From Podarcis bocagei (taxonomy: Eukaryota): DNA of 64,000 nucleotides. Positions 11,718 to 24,623 of the stretch are shown here, one piece after another (within the stretch, counting starts at the first letter, position 1; every line of letters starts with the position of its first letter). A program made the translations under genes and the position numbers. The DNA lies in assembly GCA_964188305.1 (NCBI GenBank), contig OZ076893.1; one strand, 5' to 3'. The notes below the pieces were generated by a model. That model saw only the letters and a list, made by a program, of their open reading frames with translations. It made no database searches and had not been told where the DNA came from.

Positions 11718-14144
11718 TGTATGAAAACCTATCATCCTGGAGAGACAGTACGGAAGCATAAACATGATGAGCAAGGATGAGCAGCTTGTCCATCACTGAA
11801 TGCTACTTTGGAAACTCTTGTGAGCATGTGCAGATATTACGGTAGCAGCTAGAAAACTATCACTGGCTTGTTTTACCTATACTACAAAGGGTGCCATAAC
11901 AAGTTTGCAGTGCTTCCTCCTCACAAGGAAGCTGCCCTGCTACCACCTATGCAAGCGTGGAGAATGAAACATTTGTTTTCAATCCTTGTTTGGTGCACCT
12001 CTAGGTGACAATGAATTTGCAAGTTCATGGAATGAGTGCAGGGGTTCCAGTGACTGCATGGAACTAGTAGTGCTGAGCTGATAGGTTTCTTTGGCAAATT
12101 GCAGGAGGAAGTGCAAAAATAGATTGCTTCCCAAACTTGGTAAGAGGTGGGAGAATTCTACTAAATTTGGCTGCAAGGGTTGGAGGCTGTAGCACTTACC
12201 CGAATAATGAACATTGCAAGCTGTCTGAAGGTTGCAGGTCCAGCCCACGCACGAGGCAAGGTGAATCAATTGCCTCGGGTGACAGGATCCACCGGGGCAG
12301 CAGACAGCTGCAATGTACTCCTTGGAGGCTGGATCTGCCTTGGCAGCCCCATGATGCTGCCTCTACAGCAGCATCTCAGCAAATAGGAGGCACTGCTGCT
12401 CTCCTCTGACTCTTAGAGAGGAAATGGTGGTGGATGCCCTCTGGGGTCCCCTCGGCTCTGCAAGCACCTGGCATGATTCAGAGTGGGGGCTCTATTCCCC
12501 ATGATGGCCTTTCATCCCCACTTCAACTGTTGCGTAAGGTTGATTTCATTCCCGCCCCTTGTTCCCAATGTAGATCACTCCCTGGTGGGAGGGGAAGGAG
12601 GCACTATCTTGTGGTTCATCTCAGGCGCCAAAATGCCTTGGACCAGCCCTGGAAGGCTGGTTTTCCTTTTATTTAATTTATATAGAGAGAATCCTCATAC
12701 CTAACACTCCCCTTGATATTCCAGGGGAGACTGCCTGCAGAGTACTGGGAGATCAGTGTGAGTGTTTGGGTTTTTAACAACATTAAAAGGAAGACCACCC
12801 CTAGCAACTTCGTAGCAATGATTAAGGAAGGTGCCGACCCAACCCCTCTCATAATATTTCACCAAACTCTGCACTCCCGCTGCCCCCAGCAGCAGAAAAG
12901 TGACTGCCTCTTTTGTTGGGGGTGTGTGGTTAGGGTGGAACTGGTTTTTTGAAGTTGGTTAATGGGATTTGGCACAGCGTTATATGGAACTGCACACAGG
13001 CAAATGAGCAGGCTCTGTACTATCATCCTCCACCATAAAAATGCATTGGACTGCTGCAGGCTAGGCATTTATTTATTTATGCAGGCTGGTAAATTTTGAG
13101 AGCGTATTTTCAAGGCTGCTTTGGAGCCCGGTTCTGATTTTAACCCTGTAAAAACGGTGTTGCATTTATATTTTGAATAGTACAGTTTCTTCAGTGGATA
13201 AATGTTTGTGTGTATGCACGTTTTTCTGTTCCTTTTGCGCATTTGGGGCGACCGTTCCCCGCGCTTATATTACAGTGCACACATCTTCGCAAGCTATAAT
13301 GGGGGAGTGAGAGTTGAAGGGAGTAACTGGATAAACTCTACAGCTGTCGTTTCTGGTTGTGGCAGCAAATTGGTGTTTCATTGTAAGGAGATGTTAATTT
13401 CAGTCGGAGCTCTGCCTATGTTGAGAGGGGAGCATGAAAGGAATTCTTCATTATCTTTATCAGGACTGCTGTCCCCAGGGACAAGCTCTGAATCTTCAGA
13501 TCACATATGGCAAGAGTGCTGTGATAAAATATGCATCAATAAAAAAAGAGTTTGTGATTTACAATAATAAAAGAGAGGAAAGTTTTTAGAGCCTGCAGTA
13601 ATTATCTCAGACTTGGCCATTCTTCTTCCTACCCCCACCCCCGGTTTTGCCGATTTGTGATTTGTCAGTTTTATTATTTCCCCCCCTGCCCCCGCCCCTG
13701 TTGCTAGGCTTAGGTATAGTGGGAATAGGAATGACACTCCTGTTTTCAACCTTTAACAACCAAGGAAGTTTCAGCATGATTCACACCTCACTGGTGCCGG
13801 AAGAGAAGAATTTGCTGCAGCTAGTTCCATCAAAGTCCATGAAGCCAAAAACTGTCATAAATCAAAGCACCTGATGTACTTATGGTTTGGGGTTCTACAA
13901 AGAAGGCACTGATACTCTCCGTGTCTTGCTGCTGGGATTGTGCAGTTTCAGGGGATCAGCCATGGCTGTGGGAAACAACCCACCAAAAATGGCATGTGGC
14001 ACACTGATGGACTGCAACAAATTTCCTGCCAACCCCTGTGTTAATGGCTTCATCTGGAAGGGTGCCTTACAGATTTTCATTTCATTTTGTATGTGTTTTT
14101 ATTATTTTACACTGTTGGGTAACTTTAAGTTTGAGAACAGTAAA

Positions 14145-14286
14145 TGACTCCCTTCAAAATATGGGAATGATCCCATCAAAATTAAGAACTTTGAAAACTC
14201 ATTAATTTCAGTGGGTGACTCCCTTCAAAATATGGGAATGATCCCATCAAAATTAAGAACTTTGAAAACTCATTAATTTCAGTGGG
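14145..14286 (+). repeat. Perfect 71-bp tandem duplication
   Basis: 14145-14215 is identical to 14216-14286 (TGACTCCCTTCAAAAT...ATTTCAGTGGG). Confidence 0.95.
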
Positions 14287-14295
14287 TTGCATTCA

Positions 14296-14545
14296 CTGTG
14301 TAATCCTATGCATGCCCTACTCAGAAGTATGACCCACTTTTTCAATGGGACTTATTTCCAGGAAAGTACATATGTATGTACAGGTTTGCAGTTTAAAACA
14401 TATGCTTAATTCTGTCCTACAGAAATCAATGGGACTTCACAGTATGTTACTCAACTAAATTTTACTCAAGAGTAGACTCATTGAAATCAATGGACCTAGC
14501 TTAGTCATGTTCATTAATTTCAGTGGCCCTACTCTTAGTAAAACT
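14296..14545. mobile_element. Cluster of short old palindromic MITEs (Harbinger/Chompy-like)
   Basis: Hairpins centred on CATTGAAATCAATGG / TTCAATGGGA, e.g. GTTACTCAACTAAATTTTACT..AGTAAAACTTAACTGAGTAAC. Similar copies at ~21720, 42670, 48440, 56375, 62910. Confidence 0.5.
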
Positions 14546-15829
14546 TAACTGAGTAACACCCACACTTAAATTTTGGATCATACCCAGTTATTTTCAGTTA
14601 CTGACATAAGTAGGGATGCTTAATCCTAATTTATCTTTATGACTACCCCAAGATAACTAACCACAAATAATAAGACTGATCCACTTCTGCCCTTCATTCT
14701 TTTTAACACACAAAGTAGTTTCCTATATATCAAATAAAAGTATATTATAAAACACAATTAAAATATCACAAATCAAGCGGAAATTAGTCAGTGCTGCAAT
14801 ATGAAGAAATCCAAACTGAGAGCAGCCTAAACAAAACCATCAGTTGTGCAATTCTCTTTTAGAGTTTCAATACCATCTCGTATGATTTACAGTTTCTGCT
14901 TGAATATCCCTGTTGCGTTTGGATGGCTTGTAAAACAAGCGTTGTTTGGCCTTGGATTCCTTAGGGAGAAGTTCAAGCCAAAACATGCATATGGTCTTCG
15001 AAATCCATGTCAGATGGGGATCTGCATCTCTGCGTCTAACCAACTGGAGAGGGCTTTGTTTCCTAGCACAAAAGACCAAATTCTCTCTTTAATTCTATCA
15101 GTGAAATCCAGCTGATGGTTGCACAGGATGCTTTGGGTTGTGCGTAATTTCAATTTTTGGCTTTTGTTTTATTTCTTTCCCTTTTGGCAGATTGCTGGGG
15201 AAATGCTGCTTTTATTGGTCAAATCTTCTTCAAACAATGTGCACATAAAAAAAACAAAATTGCAACACCAACCATTTATGTTGTCAGATATGATATGCAG
15301 AAGTGTCAACAAATCTTTAAAACCCCAACTACAGACACTGACCTTAGTTTGTCTTTCCTTGTTTTATCTATTGCTTGCATTCAAAGTAATATATTTTGTA
15401 ACATGTCGCAGAGACTTAAGTTACTTTCTCCACAGAGACCGAAATGGATTATACCTGAATTATGTAATGGCTAGGAGGCTTTGTGGATGTTTATGCAGCA
15501 ATGTGGAAATAAAGAACAGAAGGCTATGCAAAAGAAATCAGCGCTTGATATTTGGAGCCCTACCTTGAATTACTTTTGCTCCAAGATGATCCTATGGTAA
15601 GGCTGGCATCGGGCTTTTAAAAGCAATATTTTAAATTCTGGGGCCAGACAAGGTTATCCCCAAAACTGCAAAAATTGAGCCTCTAAAGGGGAAAGTGTAT
15701 CTTAAAAGAAACATGGGACTCTTCCTCTGGGCAGTGAAAGCATGATTGCAGTTAACACAAAATAATATGTCACTCTCTTTCCATCCCCAGATAGCAAAAT
15801 TCAAAAATACAGCATTAAAGGGAGTGGGG

Positions 15830-16348
15830 TAATAATAATAATAATAATTTATTATTTCTACCCCACCCATCTGGCTGGGTTTTCCCAGCCACTCTGGGCG
15901 GTTTCCAACAGAAGGTTAAAAATACATTAAAACATCAGTCATTAAAAACTTCCCTAAACAGGGCTGCCTTCAGATGTCTTCTAAATGTCAGATACCGGTA
16001 GTTGTTTATTTCTTTGACATCTGATGGGTGGGCGCCACTACCGAGAAGGCCCTCTGCCTGTTTCCCTGTAACCTCACTTCTCACAGTGAGGGAACCGCCA
16101 GAAGGCCCTCAGAGCTGGACCTCAGTGTCCGGGCAGAACGATGGGGGTGGAGATGTTCCTTCAGGTGTACTGGACCGAGGTCATTTAGGGCTTTAAAGAT
16201 CAGCACCAACACTTTGAATTGTGCTCGGAAACGTGCTGGGAACCAATGTAGGTCTTTCAAGACTGGTGTTATGTGGTCTCGGCAGCCACTCCCAGTCACT
16301 GCCACATTCTGGATTAGTTGGAGTTTCCAGGGTCAGCTTCAAAGGTAG
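15830..16348 (-). mobile_element. L2-clade LINE 3' fragment
   Basis: Translation RDHITPVLKDLHWFPARFRAQFKVLVLIFKALNDLGP; (TTA)n tail. Confidence 0.85.
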
Positions 16349-17062
16349 CTTAACCATGTAGCTTTATATCAGGAGTAGTTAAACTGTCTGTCCCAGCCAG
16401 CATAATCAATGGTTAGGGAAAATGGGAGTTGTAGTCCAAAAATATCTGGAAGGCAATGAGTTGATATTGATTTGCTTTAGACCATGCTGAGGGTTGTAGT
16501 CACATCACCTGTCACTGGTCCAAGCATGAAGAATCCAGAGCCCTACAAATGTTGTTGGACTACAAACCCCATCAGGCCTAGCCAGCATGGCCAAATGGTC
16601 AAGGACTATGGGAGTACAACAACTTTGGGAAGACCGCTTGCTTTTCTTGCCCTACCCTGGACCCTTACAACTTTCTACCACTCGTTCAACACAGCAGCTG
16701 GTGACCACCTACTAACTAACTAATTGTTCCTTATGGTGATGTAATATATAGTCAATGAAGCAAAATCCACATTAAAAAAACTAATCAGTTGAAATCAACT
16801 TCCTAATCTAATTGTACTTGTGGAGTCTCCATTAGTCTTCTCTAGTGTTTTCTGTATGCGGAGAGAGTGTGGAAAACAGTGGCACACGCTCTCAGAATCA
16901 ATCAGTTGTTCCAAAATAATAAAGCTTTATTATGCTGGTGGACATCACAAACTAGAAACCACAGGTGTTTGTGACCTTTGAATGTAGAAATACACCTACA
17001 TTTAGGTGTTAAAGGATTGTGTGGGTGGTGAAAGTGGAATTGCATGTACTGAACCTCTATGA

Positions 17063-17452
17063 ATTTATTGTTATTTTATTTGTACTCCGCCCACCTGACT
17101 GGGTTGCCCCAGCCACTCTGGGTTGCTTCCAGCATATACAAAAACGTAATAAAAGGTTAAAAACTTCCCTTTACAGGGCTGCCTTCAGATGTCTTCTAAA
17201 AGTTATTTACCTCCTTGACATCTGGTGGGAGGGCATTCCACAGGGCGGGTGCCACTGCTGAGAAGGCCCTCTGCCTGGTTCCCTGTAGCTTCACTTCTCA
17301 CAGTGAGGGAACCACCAGAAGGCCCTTGGATTGTGTCCAGGCTGAACAATGAGGATGGAGGCACTCCTTCAGGTATACAGGGCCAAGGCTGTTCTGGGCT
17401 TTAAAGTTCAGCACCAACAGTTTGAATCATGCTCAGAAATGTACTGGGAGTA
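17063..17452 (-). mobile_element. L2-clade LINE 3' fragment
   Basis: Collinear with 15850-16250 (CCCAGCCACTCTGGG, CAGGGCTGCCTTCAGATGTCTTCTAAA, GAGAAGGCCCTCTGCCTG). Confidence 0.85.
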
Positions 17453-20342
17453 AGGTCTGAAAAGAGCCCACATCACTGCCTACAACTGTCTGCAGGCACT
17501 CTGGCTGTTTGGAGAAGCCTTAAATATGCAAGTGGTACTTGGAGGGGGGTACTCTTTTCAGACCTTATTATCAATTTGTGGCAATCACATGTGTGTAGTC
17601 ATATTGTCTGAAGGAGGGTTGTGTGCCCTAGACTTTGTAGGGAAATGTATACCACAATTGGAATTTACAGGTTTTTTTTAATGATGCATGTGCCAGCTTC
17701 ATGGAAGTGTAAAGTTTTATTTGATGCTAAATTATTTCATAAAAGATTTGATATCCAGTGCAGGTAATTTATCTCTCCACAAGTGGCCTAAGGGTTTTAT
17801 TACATAATTGCGTAATGATGCTTATTGCCTACTGGCGCAATCAAGTTATGTTTCTGTATTTTTATTATAGAAATTGAGGCTTCCTCATGCTGTAAGTGTA
17901 AGGGGAATGTGGGGTTCCTATGAGTTTAATAGGGGAGAGTTTCTCCATCCCTGAGCTGAAGAATGGATTATGAGACATTACTAGGGACTTCTATACAGAT
18001 GAAGGGAATCCCCAGCTTTCCATCTGGTTTGCAGTAGTTCTTTTGCATGCTACCCAACAACACACCTATGCAATTCACTGAAAGAGGGTCTTTGTGATAA
18101 GCACAAAAGCCTTGCCTACATATTCCAGTAGCAAGAACACTGTGCATTGCAATGATCTCGACCCTTCTTCTTTCCATTCTTCCATAGATCTTTCACATCC
18201 TTTCTTGCTTCCACTGGCAATAATTACCATACAAATGTGCTCTTACTTATTGAACTCCTCACTTTGACTCTAGGTTTTAAAAATACATGACATTTTCATT
18301 TTCACTGACTATATAGTAAATCACCTAATAATGGAATGGTTTGTTCAGTTTCTAGGCAGTAGCCAGCTGCCGTGCTCAAAATTCTCTCTTTTGATAGACC
18401 ATTAAACTTATAAAGGTCTAGGGAGTCGTTACATGACTAGGTCACAGAGCATAGTCTAGGGCATGTGATGTAGTAGCGCTGCCATACCTCCTGAATTTCC
18501 TGGATATATCTGGGATTCATCCACCAAAAATAACGTTCAGGCAGAATTTTCAGAAATCAACAACTTTTGCGCCCAGATTTTCACTTTTTAAAATATGGCA
18601 ACCCTGGATGTAGAAATATTGCAAAAGCTATGGCTGTGTTCTAGCTTTTGAGAAACCCCAGATTCCAAATTGAATCTGGCTAATTTGGGTTGATCTAGGA
18701 ATTTTCCCAGAGTGGACTGAGGCAGCTCCAGGTCAAGTCCACCTGGAGTGATCGAAAGGCATGGTGGTTGAGTGACCATTTGTTTAATCTGGATTTAAAT
18801 CCTAATTAAGCATGCAATGTGCAGTGAGGGGTGGAGACACAAGTATAGTCTCTCGCCTGCTCTTCTTCCCCCATTTTCTGCCATCAAGAGTGTGGCCAAC
18901 AAGTGGCTTGGAAAATATCTGTGGCGTATAATGTCATTCATCTTGCAAAAGGAAGATGGAGTGCAGATCAATAAATAGGTGAGGTATCATTAGTTGAACG
19001 AATGGAATAATTTTTTGAACCCCATGCACTAAAACTCTTGATTATTTGCTTGTTACTCTTGGCATCTCATTATTGTGATAAGTTATTGTCTGTGCAGATA
19101 CTGCTAGTCTCTGCATTGTGGGTGATGAGTTCTGTGTTTACCAGCAGCCTAACTTTATGTGCAAGGAAAATACTAGGATTTTCATTTCAAGTTCCATGTA
19201 CTACTTTGGGGAGATGCATTAGCTTTAGGAAATTCCCAGGGCTGCCCTGCAATTAACCATGTGTTATTTAGAGTAAGCTGGCTTCTCACAATGAAACCAC
19301 TTCCACAATCACTCAAAATGTTAAACTGCAGTACACAGTGTGGTGCTAAGAGGCTTGGTGGGTGGGAAGTATTGACCTGGTTAGTATGAAAGAGCAATGA
19401 AGAAACAGGAGACAAAAGAGCTTTTAGGCAGAGAAACAAATTAGAAAATGGTGACTTTTCAGATATGAAACCATAACTTTTCTTAGTCCTGTTTGCCAAA
19501 TAGCCATAGCACACTTCCAGCTCTGACCTAAGTTAAAAGAAATACACCTTTTCATTCTAGAATCAATACTGTGTCCTAATCTGTGAGTGATGGCTTGGTG
19601 TAGATTGTTGATTTCATTTATAAGAAAGGTCTATAAAGTTTTATTCAACCTTTCTTGAAGCATGCCGGGCATATTTTTTCTACCCGCCACAGAGAACATC
19701 CCCGCTAATAAAGATATTTTATTGAGTAGAAAGAAGTCTGTAGTTTACACAGTAAAGAGTATGCCTTTCTACTGTGTCATGTCCTATATAAAATGGTCTC
19801 TCACAGTCATTCCATCTGCCTTATAAATTGTAATAGATTAGGTGGACTGCACTGCTTTATAACACTTGACAATATCAGTAGAAGACAAACTGGACTCTCT
19901 TTCCTGGAATGGGAGGAGAGCAAAACGGTTGCATTATTTCATGGAGGAAGTAAATAGATAAACAGTAGGATTCTATCATGCCGTTTTATTTCCTGGCCAC
20001 TGTGACCAGAAACATGCATCTTTAAATGTTATACATGGACATTTTATACCTAAGATTGCCTTGAAAGCCTTAACATTTACACTTAGAGTGGGTTTATTCA
20101 TCTGTTTTTGCTTAAGCTATTGAAGTGTCTTCTTGGACCAGCTAATATGATAAGTTAGCATGAAATATTAAAGGATTTTGTGTGATGCGTTGCTCCTTTT
20201 GTGCTATTATATTCAAGTGGGACCTGCAACAAAATGTTGAAGTCCTCTTTTTCAGGAGACCAGGCATTCCATTCCCCCTTCCTCCTGATTTTCATTCTCT
20301 ACTAGTCAGTATTTTGTAGCTACAGAACCCTCTCAAGCCATC

Positions 20343-20495
20343 ATAGGAACATAGGAAGTTACCTTATACATCAGATCATTGGTCTCTCTTGCTTCATTGT
20401 CCACACTGACTGGCAGTGGGTCTCTGGGGTTGCAGACAGGTAATATTTACCAGCCCTATCTGGAGATGCTGGGGATTGAACCTAGGACCTGTTTC
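20343..20495 (-). mobile_element. Old tRNA-headed SINE with ATAGGAACATAGGAAG terminus
   Basis: Plus-strand GGGATTGAACC (B box, reverse) and tail shared with the 41160-41262 and 59860-60022 copies. Confidence 0.6.
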
Positions 20496-20885
20496 TGCTC
20501 CTCCCACTTCAATAATTTCCTAGTCCTGAGAGGCAGTGGAGCAGGCGAGGTGGGAACAGTAGCAGCAGCAGGAGGAGGAGGAGGTGTGGAAGGCCTTGGC
20601 TCTACATTAGCCTGACCTATCTTTTCCTCCACTTGTACCTGTTATTCTGTCTCCAATCCTACAGCTTCTCCTGCCTCTGACTCCCATATCTTGGCTGTTA
20701 CAGGCTCCCCCAGATCAATGATCCCTTCTTCCAAGCCAATCTCTAACCCCACTTCTCCTGTTGCCCTCTCATCAGTATCCTGCCACCACTCCTCAGTGTT
20801 CAGCCAGGCAGGGTTGAGGCACCTGTGGCTGTCCTTAGGTTGCTGCACTACAGCTTCCATCATTCCTGCCCATTGGCCATGTGAT

Positions 20886-21247
20886 GTATGGAATTATGGT
20901 GCTGGAGGAGACTCTTGAGAGTCCCATGGACTGCAAGAAGATCAAACCTATCCATTCTGAAGGAAATCAGCCCTGAATGCTCACTGGAAGGACAGATCCT
21001 GAAGCTGAGGCTCCAATACTTTGGCGACCTCATGAGAAGAGAAGACTCCCTGGAAAAGACCCTGATGTTGGGAAAGATTGAGGGCACAAGGAGAAGGGGA
21101 CGGCAGAGGACGAGATGGCTGGACAGTGTTCTCGAAGCTACCAGCATGAGTTTGACCAAACTGCGGGAGGCAGTGGAAGACAGGAGTGCCTGGCGTGCTC
21201 TGGTCCATGGGGTCATGAAGAGTCAGACAAGACTAAACAACAACAAC
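20886..21247 (+). mobile_element. Bov-B (RTE) LINE 3' fragment
   Basis: ELWCWRRLLRVPWTARRSNLSILKEISPECSLEGQILKLRLQYFG..MRREDSLEKTLMLGKIEG; (CAA)n tail. Confidence 0.95.
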
Positions 21248-22622
21248 TGGATGGCCACTGGTTCTCTATCCCTGTAGGAAGCCATGCCATGGATGCACTT
21301 ACTACACCAGCATGCTGTGATGGTGCAATCAAGCATGTCACTTGCATCAATGAAGCCTTCCAGATCTGTGACAGGGTCTGGTCTGGCAATTGCTGCCATG
21401 GGTTTAGCAAAAGTTTGTAACTAAATTCCAGCCTGATTCCCCCTTCTTGTTGAATAATCTCAAATGCCTCAAAATAAACAATTGCAACAGTAGGCGGATT
21501 GTCTTCCTGATTTCACACTGCTAGAAGAGTAGCTTGAATAATTCATATGGCTGGTTCAATTTCTAGCACTAACAGAAAAAGAAATCAGGAAATTGTACCT
21601 GGCAGATACAGTGCCACCCAGGTTTGCCTAAAGTGAAATTTGGAGGTCCTTGCTGGGATTCAGCATGCATAGATTATAAGGGAAGCAAGAAAGAATTACA
21701 ATAAGACTAGCTAAAACTTAAATCCTGCACATGGGAGTAAGTACCATTGAACTAAATCAGGCTTACAGCTGAGTAAGTTGCATAGGCTTGCACTGCTTGG
21801 GGAAGAAAGGGTTCTACACTTTCCTCACCAAATTATGAGTGTGTGCTCAATGCAATGAGCTCCTGACCCTCAGGGAATTAGTACATTCCTTTGTGGAGTG
21901 ACTGACCTGAAGAAGCTGAAAGAGGCAGAGAGGTTGGTGTATGAAACCTTCAGGGTCATGTCATGATAGCTGCATAGCTCTTCTGCTGTCATGCATTTGC
22001 AGTTCTCAGAGAAGGAGGATGTCACTCTGAGGAAGAGGGAAATGATCCCCGTTCCTTTGGGGATAAGCAGTTATGCTTCCATGCCAAGGATACTCTCCTG
22101 GCAGGGGTGAAGGCAGTCCTGGTAAAGCAATCCAGTTATTAGGGGCATAGATGGCTGAGTATGTGATGGACCTGCAGACTGCACAATGACTTGCTTGCCT
22201 GGTGCCAAGGGTTGCTGATATCATGAATAGTCATTTAGCTAGTGCTGAGGAGGAGTTCATGGTACATGCCAGAACCAATGCTAGAAGCAAAATTTAGGTA
22301 AGAGGTTGGAAGCCAGGGCCTTCAAGGTAGCCTCCTCTAAAGTAGCCTCCTCTAAGTTTCATGCGCAGGGCACAGTCACAGCTGTGCAGCATCAATGTGT
22401 GGGTGAGGCAGTGGTGTTGGGAGGAGGGAATTGGGTTTGTTAGGCATTGGGTAAGTTCTGGGTCAAGCCAGGGCTATACAAAAGAGAAAGGCTGCATTTG
22501 AACCAGGACGGAACCTGACTTTTGGCACTTAAAAAAAACACAAAAATGGATAGGAACAGTGGAATGTCTGGTTTGGAGCAAATCATCAATGAAAGCTGAG
22601 GATGAGAATGTTCGTGATTATT

Positions 22623-23617
22623 GAATGAATGGATGAATCTTTATTTGCATCAGCCATCGGCCATAGCAATAAAACAACAATACGATATACAAAGAATAGA
22701 AATAAAAAGTCAGTGATATAAAATACATTTTAGGGTTTTGAATCAATACTCAAATAGTGGATCTTATTCTGATTGCCCCAGCTAAAAACCTTGCAACCTT
22801 TGCTGTCACCTGCTCATCTTGATCTGCCAAGAGAAAGGACACTGTGGCAGTGGTTGGATGACCAGAAATGGACAATAAAAGAGGGGTGATAATCTCATTC
22901 CTCAAGTCTTTATAAAGAGTGCAAGCCAGAAGGGCATGCGCCACCGATTCGGTACTGTCATCTCCACAGGGACATAAGCGTTTTTCTTGTGGAATCTGTT
23001 GGAATCATCCCTCAAGTACAGCTGAGGGCAATACATTCAATCTTGTGAGAGTAGAAGCACGTCTATATCTTAGAATTGCTAGGTTAGGCAGATAGGGCGC
23101 CAGAGAGTCGAAATGGGAAGGTGGAAAATAGTCATACCATGGGCAAAATTTCCTTACTGTGGCCAAGTTGTTCTGATGCTCGATATCATTTAGGCCCTGA
23201 CAAATTAGACTGTTTGCTTTACTAAAACCCAAAGTGAGTAGCTTTTGTGGTGATGAGCTACAAGAGTGAAGTTTTTGATAGACAATTTTAGTGGAGGCGC
23301 TGTTGTAACAATCTTGCAGCACTAGGGATATTAGACCAGGGGGATTTGAGTTTAGGCAAAGCCAATAGTTAAGTGTCCTGTGCCAGATCCATAATTCTAC
23401 CAAGGGAAGATTAGCCTCTAGGCGCACTGATGCGTTTGGGACACAGGGTGGGACAGAGAAAATTTGAATTAAGAACATTGACTGGATAGCTTCCATTGAT
23501 CCAAGGTGAGTGCCTGTCCAAATCTGAGCCCCATATAATAACTGTGCTAGGGGTTTAGCTTGGAACACTTCCAGGACTGATGGTATATGTTTACCACCTT
23601 TTGTGTGGAAAAAGTGT
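22623..23617 (-). mobile_element. Non-LTR retrotransposon ORF2 3' part, RTE-X-like
   Basis: ORFs 23005-23568 (LLYGAQIW..QSMFL..IF.VP) and 22750-22944 with C-terminal LCPCG..ES.AHALLAC..Y CCHC motif; (ATTC)n-like tail; 9-bp TSD GTGATTATT (22614-22622 / 23618-23626). Confidence 0.7.
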
Positions 23618-24270
23618 GTGATTATTCAAACAGGGGAGAGAGGTGGAAGCAAGCAGGGACACATGACTGCAATTCAGAGAGGCCAAAACACCACAGGGTA
23701 ATGTGCATATGCCAAAAGCATTTGGAGACACTGTGGGTTTGAACTGGCAGTGGCGGACTAGGAATGAGACCTTGGGGGTCAGAGTGGATAGCTAGATAAA
23801 GCTGTCTACCCAGTATGTGGCAGCTGCTGGGGAAAGAAGGTGAATTCCATGCTAAGTATCAAGCTAAGAAATGGATTGAAAATAAAACTGCCCGATATCA
23901 CAATGCCGACATACAAATCTGTGCATGTGGAACGCTGTGTGCAGCTCTGATTGCCTCACCTCAAAAATGGATATTGTAGAGCTGGAAAATGTTCAAAGAA
24001 GTACAGCCAAAATGATCAAAGGGTTGGAACAACTCCCCTGTGGGGAAAGGTTGCAGCATTGAGGGTCTTTTAGGAAAAAACGGTGAGAGACAGGATAGAA
24101 GTCTGTAAGATTATCCATTTTTCTGCCTCTCTCGTAGCGCTGAAACCTGGTCCCATGCAGTGAAGTGGAATGTTGGAAGATTCAGGCTGGAGATAATAGT
24201 TAAACTTTACCATTTGCTCCCCCAAGTTGTAGTGATGGTTAGCAAATTGGATGGGCTTAAGAGAAGGTTA

Positions 24271-24623
24271 GGGACGTGGGTGGCGCTGTGGGTTAAACCA
24301 CAGAGCCTAGGACTTGCTGATCAGAAGGTTGGCAGTTCGAATCCCTGTGACGAGGTGAGCTCCCGTTGCTCGGTCCCTGCTCCTGCCAACCTAGCAGTTC
24401 GAAAGCACGTCAAAGTACAAGTAGATAAATAGGTACCGCTCCAGCGGGAAGGTAAAGGGCGTTTCTGTGCGCTGCTCTGGTTCACCAGAAGCGGCTTAGT
24501 CATGCTGGCCACATGACCTGGAAGCTGTACGCCAGCTCCCTCGGCCAATAAAGCAAGATGAGCGCCACAACCCCAGAGTCGGCCACGACTGGACCTAATG
24601 GTCAGGGGTCCCTTTACCTTTAC
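24271..24623 (+). mobile_element. Sauria SINE, full length, inserted in CR1
   Basis: GGGACGTGGGTGGCGCTGTGG ... CCCTTTACCTTTAC. Confidence 0.95.

Noticed and set aside
15119-15568. 149-aa ORF
   Set aside because: Non-ATG start, AT-rich low-information composition, no recognisable domain.
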